Below, piece after piece: positions 1 through 8,138 of a stretch of DNA of 32,000 bases. Source of the DNA: Patescibacteria group bacterium (GTDB lineage: Bacteria > Patescibacteriota > UBA1384 > XYA2-FULL-43-10); contig JBAYVT010000002.1 of NCBI GenBank assembly GCA_041674405.1, positions 123,941 through 155,940 on the forward strand, in the 5' to 3' direction. Below the pieces are notes generated by a model. It was given only the letters and a program-made list of their open reading frames with translations, ran no database searches and was not told where the DNA came from. A program made the position numbers and the translations under genes. Each line of letters starts with the position of its first letter. The stretch's first letter is position 1.

Positions 1-443
1 AATTCTGTGGTGAACTTTTCAATTATTCGAGAGAGAAAAATAACGGATATTATCTGAATATTCTAGACCAAGTCGGGCTGTACGATGCAAGAAGCATGAT
101 GGTGAGAAATTATTCCAAGGGCATGAAGCAGCGTCTCGGCCTCGCGCAAGCCCTCGTAAATGATCCAGATTATATTTTTCTCGATGAACCGCTCGACGGG
201 CTTGACCCAATCGGCCGCGCCGATATCAAAAATATCATCAAAGGTTTGAAAAAACGAAAAAAAACAGTCTTTTTTTCCTCACACATCCTCTCGGATATCG
301 AAGAGTTATGCGATGAAATCGGCATAATTAATAAAGGAAAATTATTATATTCCGGCTCGGTGAAAAAATTCTGCCGTGGTAGCGCATTTGAAGAAAAATT
401 TGTCGAGGTTATAAAAAATGAAAAACGTACTGGCAATCGCTAA
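1..443 (+). CDS. ABC transporter ATP-binding protein, 5' end outside window
   Basis: Signature YSKGMKQRLGLAQAL, Walker B YIFLDEPLDGLD and H-loop SSHILSD. The frame stays open upstream of the annotated ATG at 96 to the window edge (FCGELFNYSREKNNGYYLNILDQVGLYDARSMM). Confidence 0.93.
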   Translation, partial: FCGELFNYSREKNNGYYLNILDQVGLYDARSMMVRNYSKGMKQRLGLAQALVNDPDYIFLDEPLDGLDPIGRADIKNIIKGLKKRKKTVFFSSHILSDIEELCDEIGIINKGKLLYSGSVKKFCRGSAFEEKFVEVIKNEKRTGNR

Positions 444-1179
444 AAATACATTCCGCGAGACCATCCGTGATCGGATTCTTTATTCGATTTTGATATTCGG
501 CATGCTTTTCATCATCTCAACTATTTTTTTAGGTTCAATTTCACTCGGCGAAGATCTAAAAATAATTCGCGATCTGGGACTTGCCGGAATTTATATCTTC
601 GGTTTGATTATCACGATTTTTCTCGGAACATCACTCATCTATAAGGAGATTGAAGGAAGAACGCTTTATATCGTTTTTTCGAAGCCGGTTGGAGCAGCCC
701 AATATATCTTGGGCAAATTTCTCGGACTTTTCACATCCGTGGTTCTAACTATTTTGATCATGTCGGTGCTTTATCTTGCAATTGTCGCGGCAAAAGGCGG
801 AGGATTTGATTATTTCGGTCTCGCCGCGATTGGCATGCAGATTTTAGAACTTGCAGTTTTTATTGCGCTTTCGATCCTATTTTCAACCTTTTCGACTCCA
901 CTAGCCTCAACTCTCTACGCGATTTTGCTTCTTTTCATTGGCCATTCACTACCGATGATATTAAAATATGCTTTAAAATCGAGCGTGCTTTTCAAATATT
1001 TCGCATATGCGATTTACTACATTCTGCCCAACCTCGAGAAGTTCAATCTTAGAAACATTGCCGTGCACGGAATTTTGCCGAACGGTTTGGCTGTCTTTTC
1101 TGCTGTAGCTTATGGTGTAGTTTATACGATAATAATTCTCGCAATCGCAAATTATTCCCTGTCCAAACAGGAGGTTTAA
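418..1179 (+). CDS. ABC-2 type transporter permease
   Basis: 253 aa with several TM segments and the ABC-2 pattern FRETIRDRILYSILIFG ... EIEGRTLYIVFSKPVG. Overlaps the ATPase ORF by 26 nt. Confidence 0.88.
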   Translation: MKNVLAIAKNTFRETIRDRILYSILIFGMLFIISTIFLGSISLGEDLKIIRDLGLAGIYIFGLIITIFLGTSLIYKEIEGRTLYIVFSKPVGAAQYILGKFLGLFTSVVLTILIMSVLYLAIVAAKGGGFDYFGLAAIGMQILELAVFIALSILFSTFSTPLASTLYAILLLFIGHSLPMILKYALKSSVLFKYFAYAIYYILPNLEKFNLRNIAVHGILPNGLAVFSAVAYGVVYTIIILAIANYSLSKQEV

Positions 1180-1233
1180 CCAGAATCAAGAATCAGGTAT
1201 TAAGAATTAAGCTCACTGCTTGATACTTGATAC

Positions 1234-2052
1234 ATGATACTTAATACAATAAAAAATAAATCCTTTTTAAAGATGATTATTTTCATCCTTTTATCCGTCT
1301 TGGTTATTGCGACCCAGATTTTTTCCGATGGAGCAAAGGCGGAAACGAAAAAGCCCTCCCCTCTTGTCATGCCGGCAAAAGTTATCGAATTTGTTGATTT
1401 AGGATTAAAAAATGCCGCCGCAGATTTAAATTGGCTAGCTTCCATACAATATTTTGGCGATTGGCAAGATGATGATTATGCGAAACTCACCGCTTATATA
1501 AAAGCGACAAACGAACTAGATCCGAAATTCTCCTACCCCTATGCTTTTGGCGCCATAATTTTACCCGGACTGGGCAAAACTAACGATGCTATCGCGATCG
1601 CCAAAGACGGGATAGCTAACTCCGACCCGGACTACCGCATCCCCTATTATCTTGCCGTTACTTATTTCTTGAACAAGCAAGACTATGCAAACGCAGCATA
1701 TTATTTCGATGTTGCCGCAAGGACAGCCGGCGCACCGGATAACGTAAAAGCAATATCTGCAAGTTTCAATTCCCGGCCGGATCTTAGAGCACAATCAATC
1801 GCTATTTGGACTTCGATTTTTGAAAATTCGAACGATGAAGTTATTCAAGAACGCGCGAAAGCTTACATCATACATTATGAAATTCTAAACATTCTCGAAG
1901 TTGCTGCGGAAGAGTACAAAAATAAGACCGGAAATTATCCGGCAAATATCGAAGACTTAGTGACTGCAAAAATTCTTACAGCAGTGCCAAAAGATCCTTT
2001 TGGGTTTACATACCTTATAGACAACGACGGCAGAGCTAGAATAAATCAATAA
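1234..2052 (+). CDS. Membrane-anchored TPR-like hypothetical protein
   Basis: 272 aa with N-terminal TM (FLKMIIFILLSVLVIATQIF) and helical TPR-like stretches. C-terminal NYPANIEDLVTAKILTAVPKDPFG resembles pseudopilin C-termini. Confidence 0.6.
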   Translation: MILNTIKNKSFLKMIIFILLSVLVIATQIFSDGAKAETKKPSPLVMPAKVIEFVDLGLKNAAADLNWLASIQYFGDWQDDDYAKLTAYIKATNELDPKFSYPYAFGAIILPGLGKTNDAIAIAKDGIANSDPDYRIPYYLAVTYFLNKQDYANAAYYFDVAARTAGAPDNVKAISASFNSRPDLRAQSIAIWTSIFENSNDEVIQERAKAYIIHYEILNILEVAAEEYKNKTGNYPANIEDLVTAKILTAVPKDPFGFTYLIDNDGRARINQ

Positions 2053-2235
2053 TTACTCTTCTTTCTTGTCGTCCTTGTGCTCCTCTTCCCGCTTTCTCTG
2101 CACTCTTTGGATTTCGAAAACCGATTTTCCCGAAACTGGCATATCTTCCTCGCGCTCTTTCTCCGCTTCTTCGAAGAGCTCATCCTCTAAATTTTCGAGA
2201 TCCTCATCGGTGTAATTTGTAAGATTTCCGCTCAT
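2053..2235 (-). CDS. Small highly charged hypothetical protein
   Basis: 60-aa acidic ORF. Its stop codon directly abuts the stop of the upstream plus-strand CDS. Confidence 0.45.
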   Translation of the reverse strand: MSGNLTNYTDEDLENLEDELFEEAEKEREEDMPVSGKSVFEIQRVQRKREEEHKDDKKEE

Positions 2236-2274
2236 GGTTCAATTATATCGAATGTTTCGTAAAATTTTAATGTG

Positions 2275-2304
2275 GCCGCCTGCTCGCCATCGGGCAGGCG
2301 CGGC
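2275..2304. repeat. GC-rich imperfect palindrome, REP-like
   Basis: gccgcctgctcgccatcgggcaggcgcggc in an AT-rich intergenic gap. The arms are near-complementary. Confidence 0.55.
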
Positions 2305-2532
2305 TCACTGGTTTCCGGCTAGCACTTTCGCACCCAAATCTCGAAGCTCAATAAACAACTCCTCAGCTTCGCTCGAGAGCATAGCAGTAAGATCCGCAAG
2401 ATCAATCTTGTCGAGAAGTTCAGAGGCCTTGAGGGAAAACTGCCTTTTTTGACCCTCGTGTACCCCTGCGTCTTCCGCATTTAGATTGAAATTGCTCACG
2501 TACCGCATTACGTCATCAGTCGTCGACGGCAT
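2305..2532 (-). CDS. Small hypothetical protein
   Basis: 75-aa ORF with coding-like composition (FSLKASELLDKIDLADLTAMLSSEAEELFIELRDLG). No family recognised. Confidence 0.4.
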   Translation of the reverse strand: MPSTTDDVMRYVSNFNLNAEDAGVHEGQKRQFSLKASELLDKIDLADLTAMLSSEAEELFIELRDLGAKVLAGNQ

Positions 2533-2650
2533 GGCCTTGCCCCCTTCCTAGAAGTCAGTACTCAATTCGTAGCACAAGAATTATGAAAATTCTATGAATT
2601 TCTACACAAAAAAAATCAGGCAATGCCTGACTTGTTTTTTGAATCAATAA

Positions 2651-3244
2651 TTAGAGCTCTATGTTGCTTGCGATTTGTTTCATTGAATCGAGGCAAATCT
2701 CGATGAATTTATCTACGGGAATGTTGAGACCATCCGCTTTCTCGCACATTGAGACTTCATCTCGTCTCGTACCAGCTGCAAATCTTGGTTCTTTGTGAAA
2801 CCTTTTTGTGACAGATTTTAGCTTCACTTCATCCAACTTTTTTGATGGATAAACGAGAGCGACCGCGGTAATCAAGCCCGTTAGGCTGTCGGCACAGAAA
2901 ATCGCCCACTCTGCTTTACTCTCCGGATAGATTTTAGTTAACTCCGGACCGTGCGCTTTCACAATCCGGTCGACTTTATCCGAAATCTCAAGCTTATATT
3001 TTGCAAGGACCTCGCGCGTTTTATGCGGATGATCAGCTTTATTTTCTTCAGAGTAATCAATGTCGTGGATTAGCCCAGCAAGAGCCCACTCATCGCGATC
3101 ATCATCCGCTCCTAGTTTGTTTTGCTCTTTTAAATAATCAAAAATCCCGCCCATGCAGGCTTCAAGCGCCAGAGAATGATAAAAAATATTGGTTTCAAGC
3201 TCCGCCCTTATCGCCTCCAAATATTTTTGCCTATCATAGGTCAT
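2651..3244 (-). CDS. HD-domain protein (putative phosphohydrolase)
   Basis: H..LALEACM ... LAGLIHDIDYSE ... IVKAHG ... ADSLTGL matches HD-domain motif spacing. Confidence 0.75.
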   Translation of the reverse strand: MTYDRQKYLEAIRAELETNIFYHSLALEACMGGIFDYLKEQNKLGADDDRDEWALAGLIHDIDYSEENKADHPHKTREVLAKYKLEISDKVDRIVKAHGPELTKIYPESKAEWAIFCADSLTGLITAVALVYPSKKLDEVKLKSVTKRFHKEPRFAAGTRRDEVSMCEKADGLNIPVDKFIEICLDSMKQIASNIEL

Positions 3245-3249
3245 TTCTT

Positions 3250-4161
3250 TTACTTTCCCAAAACTTGAAAATAATAGGAAAAAATTTTGTTTTTTATCGC
3301 AGCCGAAAGAAACATTCCAGCAGCAAAACTCATTAAAATATCTTGTGAAAAAATTGGACCAAATAATTTACCCTTCCACGTAGTTCTCCCCAATATATGC
3401 AATGATCTTTCTCGCAGCATATCTGCAGTCGGAATTACCAGGTTAGAGATAACATCATTTTTTTCAATAATCATTTTTGCTTTTTCAACATCTTTTTTGA
3501 ATTTTTCAATTGATTCGAATTCATCTACCGCCATTCCTTTCGCCACCAACGATTTTATCAATAGCTCATTTTCCGAGAGACCAGATTCATCTCTCACAGA
3601 ATACATGTCGAAACAGATGAAGACCCCTCCCGGTTTTAGAACTCTCTTAATCTCTTCGAGAACTTTGGTTTTATTGCTAGTATGACAAATCGTCTCAATT
3701 GCAAAAACAATCTCAAAAGAATCTTCCTCATACAAACTTAGATCGTGATAATCGCCAACAACCTGAGAAAAATTCTTATTTTTTCGATATCTCGCAAGTG
3801 GTTTAAGAGAATAGTCTAGCGCAAAAAAACTGATTGATGGATATTTTGAGGCAAGTAACCCGCTATTAGCGCCATTTCCAGCTCCTAGCTCTAAAATTTT
3901 TTTTGCTTTTAGGCTCTCAATATATTTCTCAATAATTTTGATTGGCCCCAGATAGTCTAACTTTTTGAATTTTCCGTCATACGACAAACCGGAGTGCATC
4001 ATGCCACTACGATCGTAAAAAATGATATACGGCAGTCTATTGATCCTGTAGTACTTTTTAACCCCCTTGCCCTGATATTCATTTTTGAGCACAGCATCAA
4101 TGTCTATCCGTTTCCGCACAATGTTTAAATCTTGATTGATTTTTTGGTCAATGATATTCAT
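3250..4161 (-). CDS. Class I SAM-dependent methyltransferase
   Basis: Motif I ILELGAGNGANSGLLA, then EEDSFEIVFAIETICHT and EIKRVLKPGGVFICFD. Confidence 0.85.
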   Translation of the reverse strand: MNIIDQKINQDLNIVRKRIDIDAVLKNEYQGKGVKKYYRINRLPYIIFYDRSGMMHSGLSYDGKFKKLDYLGPIKIIEKYIESLKAKKILELGAGNGANSGLLASKYPSISFFALDYSLKPLARYRKNKNFSQVVGDYHDLSLYEEDSFEIVFAIETICHTSNKTKVLEEIKRVLKPGGVFICFDMYSVRDESGLSENELLIKSLVAKGMAVDEFESIEKFKKDVEKAKMIIEKNDVISNLVIPTADMLRERSLHILGRTTWKGKLFGPIFSQDILMSFAAGMFLSAAIKNKIFSYYFQVLGK

Positions 4162-4172
4162 GTTTACCTTAT

Positions 4173-4258
4173 TGGTGCTCGGGAGAGGACTTGAACCTCC
4201 ATGGATGTTACTCCGCTAGCTCCTAAGGCTAGTGCGTCTACCATTTCGCCACCCGAGC
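4173..4258 (-). tRNA. tRNA-Leu (anticodon UAG)
   Basis: Minus strand GCTCGGGTGGCGAAATGGTAGACGCACTAGCCTTAGGAGCTAGCGGAGTAACATCCATGGAGGTTCAAGTCCTCTCCCGAGCACCA. 7-bp acceptor stem, anticodon loop CTTAGGA, class II variable arm, GTTCAAG T-loop, encoded CCA. Confidence 0.95.
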
Positions 4259-4291
4259 ATTATTGAACATACGAATTATAGCAAAAAAAGA

Positions 4292-4948
4292 TTATATTGT
4301 CACGAGGTCGGCAAGCTTTTCGAAGGTCTTGTCGCCAATTCCTTTTACATTTTTGAGCTCTTCTATCGATTTAAATCCGCCATGTTGAGTTCGATAGTCA
4401 ATGATTCGAGTCGCATATGCCGTGCCGATGCCTGGTAACGTGTCTAGCTGTGCCGCCGTAGCGGTATTAAGATTAATCTTTCCAACAGGTTTGTTTGCCG
4501 ATGACGCCGACACCGAAGTCGAAGCGCCGGCTATCTGTCCAGTTTCAGCAGGCGCAGTTGCCGTAACAGCCGCAGAGCTTGACACAGGCGCATTTTGTTT
4601 CGACAAATCGCCTATCTCTGCTTCCAATTTTTCTATTCTTGCATCCTGATCAGTGATTCTCTTCTCAAGCACCGGCTTGAAATAATTTTCGCGATAGAGC
4701 AAAAAACCGCCCGAAAGGAGTATTAGAACAAGCAAGATTCCCCCAATAGCAACCCGATGTCGCTCGACAAATTCCGCGGAAAATATGCTTTCCTCCGGCA
4801 AATCGGGTAAAACATTTTTTATTTTCGGGTCTTCGGGTTTTTTCCTAATATGAATTGAAATCAAAAATCTTCCCCACCCCTCCTTAACAGAGTCCAACTT
4901 TCGCCGCCGCCACTCTTTAAATTTGATCTTTGGCTTTTGCTTCCACAT
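4292..4948 (-). CDS. comEA: ComEA-like helix-hairpin-helix DNA-binding protein
   Basis: TM segment, coiled coil, Ala/Ser linker, then GKINLNTATAAQLDTLPGIGTAYATRIIDYRTQHGGFKSIEELKNVKGIGDKTFEKL, the tandem HhH typical of ComEA. Confidence 0.85.
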   Translation of the reverse strand: MWKQKPKIKFKEWRRRKLDSVKEGWGRFLISIHIRKKPEDPKIKNVLPDLPEESIFSAEFVERHRVAIGGILLVLILLSGGFLLYRENYFKPVLEKRITDQDARIEKLEAEIGDLSKQNAPVSSSAAVTATAPAETGQIAGASTSVSASSANKPVGKINLNTATAAQLDTLPGIGTAYATRIIDYRTQHGGFKSIEELKNVKGIGDKTFEKLADLVTI

Positions 4949-4987
4949 TTTGGTTACTAGTTTTAAGTTTTAAATTGAAATTTTGAG

Positions 4988-7114
4988 TTATTCTAAGTGT
5001 TTATGCGTTAAAAATTCATCAATTTTCTCCATAACTGCCGGATATTTTTCAATATTATTCGTAACGATCTTTGCCCCTTCCGCCGCTTCATCGATGAGCT
5101 CGATGTCGGAATACGATGCCATCCTGAGCTCATTATACCCCGACTGTATGGTTCCAAACATATCACCAGCCCCGCGGTTCTTAAGATCTTGCTCTGCCAG
5201 CTTGAACCCATCAAGAATGTTTTCAAAAGATTTCAGTCGCTCTATCGCCCGCGGGTTCTGGGTACTTGAAAATACAAAGCAGAAGGACTGATGCTCGCCA
5301 CGGCCAACTCTGCCACGGAATTGATGCAATTGTGCCAGCCCAAACCGCTCAGCATCTTCGATCATCATGATCGTTGCATTCGGAATATCCACCCCTACCT
5401 CGACCACCGATGTAGATACCAATATATCAAGTTTACAAGCTTTAAATTCAGCCATTATTTCGTCTTTTGATTTTCCGCCTTTGGCGAGACCTCGCCTGCC
5501 CCGTCGGGGCGAGGCGGGCATTCGACCGTGGAGCATTCCAATCTTTAGATCAGGAAAGATCTGTTTGCTCAATCGATTGTATTCCGCCATTACCGATTTT
5601 CTATCTTCGTCGAATAGTGTTTCTCTCGTTTGCGCTTCCGATTCTTCAATCAGCGGGCAAATCACAAAGGCTTGGCGGCCAGATTGAATCTGCCGGCGAA
5701 TGAAGTCATATGCTTTTAGCCTATTTGTCTCCTCAACAAATCTGGTTTTGATCGGTTTTCGGCCTTTCGGCATGGATTTGATAATCGACAAGTCAAGATC
5801 GCCGAAGAGCGCGAGATGCAATGATCTTGGAATTGGCGTCGCTGTCATCGATAGAAAGTGCGGCCTTAACCCTTCTCTGCTCTTCGTGAGTTCCGCCCGT
5901 TGATTTACACCGAATCTATGTTGTTCGTCCACGATCACGAGCCCCAAGTTCTTGATTTCAACTTTGCCCTGAACCAAAGAATGCGTCCCCACTATCACCT
6001 GCCTCTCGAGCTCGCCCGCAACATTTGCCTTTCTCGTAGAGGAAGTCAAAAGCCCGACTGAAACATCTGATTTTTCTAAAAGCTTATTAAGTGTTTCAAA
6101 ATGCTGTTTGGCAAGGATCTCTGTCGGCGCCATAAGTGCCGTTCGGAAGCCGGCTTTCGCAGCAATGTAGGCAGCGAATGCAGCAACCGCAGTTTTTCCG
6201 CTCCCGACATCCCCGTTAAGTAGCCTATTCATTGGTTTTTTTAATGCTAGATCTTTAGCGATTTGCCAAACAGCCTTTTTCTGATCGGTGGTAAGCTCGA
6301 ATGGCAGAGCATCTGCAAATTTCTTAAGTTCGGGATCTGCGGTCTCAATTTTTGGGGCTGATTCTGTTGCGATCTCTTCCTTGATTAATTGCGAACGGAT
6401 GGCAATCAGAAATAATTCGTCGAATGCTATTCTCCGCCTCGCTTTCGATAAGGCTTGCGAATCCTCCGGCTCGTGGATATTTTTCAGAGCCGACCGGATT
6501 CCTAAGAGATCATATTTATCTAAAATGGGTTGTGGTAAATATTCCTCAAGTTTTGAGATTTGTCCGCCAGCCGGCGGATTAATATTTGAGATCAATCGAG
6601 CTATGAAGTAGCTCGACACACCCGCCGTCTCAGGATAAACTGGAACAATTTTTGGCCGGTTCGCTCGGTTTGGCGACTCCATCACAAGCGAATGAGAAAA
6701 AGAATCGTAGGAAACTTTGCCGTTTAATATAACTTCGGATCCAGCTTTCAGCATTTTTGCCAAGTATGGTTGATTAAACCAAACAACTTTGAGCGATCCG
6801 GAGTTGTCTTCAACTACTGCTTCTGTCACGGTAAACCCCCTGCGTCTCGTTCTTTTATTGGCAATGCCCACTACTCGAGCTCGGATCGTGAAGTTATTAG
6901 TTTTTAGTTCTAAGTTATTAGTTAAGTTACTAATTTTAGTGACTTGGGTATAGTCTTTATATCTTCGTGGATAATGATAAATCAAATCTTGGGCTGTATA
7001 AATTCCCAGCTTATTGAGCTTCGGTGCAACCTTTGGCCCGACACCCTTCAAATATTTAATTTCGGTATTTAAATTTATTTCCATTTCACCAACATTATAC
7101 TTTATACTTTTCAC
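4988..7114 (-). CDS. recG: ATP-dependent DNA helicase RecG
   Basis: Helicase motifs LNGDVGSGKT, MAPTEILAKQH, VDEQHRFGVNQR, LSMTATPIPR, LHGRM, STSVVEVGVDIPNA and QFRGRVGRG. Confidence 0.96.
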   Translation of the reverse strand: MKSIKYNVGEMEINLNTEIKYLKGVGPKVAPKLNKLGIYTAQDLIYHYPRRYKDYTQVTKISNLTNNLELKTNNFTIRARVVGIANKRTRRRGFTVTEAVVEDNSGSLKVVWFNQPYLAKMLKAGSEVILNGKVSYDSFSHSLVMESPNRANRPKIVPVYPETAGVSSYFIARLISNINPPAGGQISKLEEYLPQPILDKYDLLGIRSALKNIHEPEDSQALSKARRRIAFDELFLIAIRSQLIKEEIATESAPKIETADPELKKFADALPFELTTDQKKAVWQIAKDLALKKPMNRLLNGDVGSGKTAVAAFAAYIAAKAGFRTALMAPTEILAKQHFETLNKLLEKSDVSVGLLTSSTRKANVAGELERQVIVGTHSLVQGKVEIKNLGLVIVDEQHRFGVNQRAELTKSREGLRPHFLSMTATPIPRSLHLALFGDLDLSIIKSMPKGRKPIKTRFVEETNRLKAYDFIRRQIQSGRQAFVICPLIEESEAQTRETLFDEDRKSVMAEYNRLSKQIFPDLKIGMLHGRMPASPRRGRRGLAKGGKSKDEIMAEFKACKLDILVSTSVVEVGVDIPNATIMMIEDAERFGLAQLHQFRGRVGRGEHQSFCFVFSSTQNPRAIERLKSFENILDGFKLAEQDLKNRGAGDMFGTIQSGYNELRMASYSDIELIDEAAEGAKIVTNNIEKYPAVMEKIDEFLTHKHLE
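5491..5520. repeat. GC-rich imperfect palindrome embedded in recG
   Basis: ctcgcctgccccgtcggggcgaggcgggca. Encodes part of the basic stretch PASPRRGRRGLAKGG directly after the LHGRM motif. Confidence 0.55.
6891..6941. repeat. AT-rich dispersed repeat-like segment inside recG
   Basis: aagttattagtttttagttctaagttattagttaagttactaattttag. The first 19 nt recur exactly in the intergenic region at 10879-10897. Encodes ISNLTNNLELKTNN. Confidence 0.6.
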
Positions 7115-7132
7115 TTTGCACTATCACAGGTA

Positions 7133-7161
7133 TTGACATTTATTGACCAGCGTGATATAAG
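7133..7161 (+). promoter_or_regulatory. Putative sigma70-type promoter (TTGACA-17-TATAAG)
   Basis: Consensus -35, 17-bp spacer and near-consensus -10, divergent from recG. Confidence 0.6.
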
Positions 7162-7219
7162 TGATCTTGTCGTACCGCGAAGCTTAGGCTCGCGGATCTT
7201 CGTCAGGGAGGTAGTGCCA

Positions 7220-7345
7220 ATGCTCGATCGTCTCGGTCACCGTCTCGCGAAGTCGCCGATATCGTACCCGGTTCTCGGGAAGACCATCGCCGCGATGTCG
7301 CGAGTGACCCGCTGGGTCCAGCGGGTGCACGAGATGCCTGGCTAG
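7220..7345 (+). CDS. Putative 41-aa basic mini-protein
   Basis: AGGGAGG about 8 nt before ATG. Translation MLDRLGHRLAKSPISYPVLGKTIAAMSRVTRWVQRVHEMPG. Downstream of the 7133 promoter. Confidence 0.35.
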   Translation: MLDRLGHRLAKSPISYPVLGKTIAAMSRVTRWVQRVHEMPG

Positions 7346-7414
7346 CGGTTCCACCCTGCGGACGTCCGGATAGGTGGCTGTTGAACTGGCCGTAAGATCC
7401 GGACAGCGGAAGGT

Positions 7415-7467
7415 GGGAGCCGGCGGTTGCGTCGTAGGTCGCAAGGACCAACGCGCCGCCGGCTCCC
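7415..7467. repeat. Strong 12-bp inverted repeat (structured RNA or DNA hairpin)
   Basis: GGGAGCCGGCGG (7415-7426) and CCGCCGGCTCCC (7456-7467) are perfectly complementary, with a nested TTGCG/CGCAA stem. Confidence 0.75.
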
Positions 7468-7686
7468 GCCGGCAAGCCTCATCCATCCTTTCTTCTCGGA
7501 GGTGCTATCATTATCCTCCCCACTTCCGAGATTGGTGGAGAAGGAGTTCCCTGGCGGACGCTCCCTCTCCACCACCGCCCCCCAAGACAGGGCACATCGT
7601 CGGTTCCCAAACCGGTGCTCTGTCTGAGTGTAATGCGCCGACCTCCTCGAGGCCGGCGCTTTTGCGTCTAATGAGGGTATTCTAAC

Positions 7687-7719
7687 TTCTGTGATCTTCA
7701 GTGAAACAATTCTGTGATC
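7687..7719 (+). repeat. Direct repeat TTCTGTGATC x2 upstream of a promoter
   Basis: Exact 10-mer at 7687-7696 and 7710-7719, 23 nt start to start. Confidence 0.65.
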
Positions 7720-7725
7720 GTATAT

Positions 7726-7754
7726 TTGACTTAATGCAGAGCTTCGTATATATT
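7726..7754 (+). promoter_or_regulatory. Putative promoter (TTGACT-17-TATATT)
   Basis: 5/6 matches in each box with a 17-bp spacer, immediately after the direct repeats. Confidence 0.5.
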
Positions 7755-7797
7755 ATTTCCGTCGCACTCATCAACTGCCCACGGGAGGGACAACCAC

Positions 7798-8124
7798 TTG
7801 CTCACCATGCTGTTTCTGATGTTGACGTTGATGGCGATCTTGCCACGGCCAGCCCTCCTGTTGGGGCTGATCAGCTTTTTCGGTCGGCGGAGCTCGCCCC
7901 CCTGCGATCCCGCTCCGGTCCTGGAGAGACCGGTCTCTGGCGCCGAGCCATCGGGCCAGGGAAAGTATCAGATGAATGTGTGGGGGTCTGAAGGACCCAC
8001 CGTTGCCCCGGCCTTGCAAGCCCAAGTTTTTTCACGAGTGTCTTCAGGACACTCCTATCGCCTTACAAGCGACTTACTGACAGAGCGGCCCCTGGTATGG
8101 GTCGCTCTCGCTCTTTTTATTTAA
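7798..8124 (+). CDS. Putative 108-aa protein with hydrophobic N-terminus
   Basis: GGGAGGG 8 nt upstream of a TTG start. N-terminus MLTMLFLMLTLMAILPRPALLLGLISFF. The remainder is low-complexity and not recognisable. Confidence 0.35.
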   Translation: MLTMLFLMLTLMAILPRPALLLGLISFFGRRSSPPCDPAPVLERPVSGAEPSGQGKYQMNVWGSEGPTVAPALQAQVFSRVSSGHSYRLTSDLLTERPLVWVALALFI

Positions 8125-8138
8125 GCTTATCAATATTA

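Noticed and set aside
7133-7467. Known housekeeping RNA (tmRNA, RNase P, 6S, SRP) in the recG-mnmA gap
   Set aside because: No recognisable conserved core of these RNAs (for example tRNA-like ends of tmRNA or P4 motifs). A covariance search is needed for a firm exclusion.
7184-7685. Overlapping ORFs of 77-103 aa on both strands in the GC-rich island (7184-7486 -, 7203-7475 -, 7374-7685 +, 7427-7627 +)
   Set aside because: Arg/Pro/Ser-rich translations without motifs, overlapping on both strands, expected by chance in GC-rich DNA. Only ORFs with SD and promoter context were retained, at low confidence.
7925-7938. Perfect 14-bp palindrome AGAGACCGGTCTCT
   Set aside because: Likely incidental within the 108-aa candidate ORF, with no second copy or promoter nearby. 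Not promoted to a finding.
7701-7991. 96-aa ORF starting GTG at 7701
   Set aside because: Its start would lie upstream of the best promoter, it has no SD, and it competes with the SD-led 7798 ORF. The C-terminal half looks non-coding.
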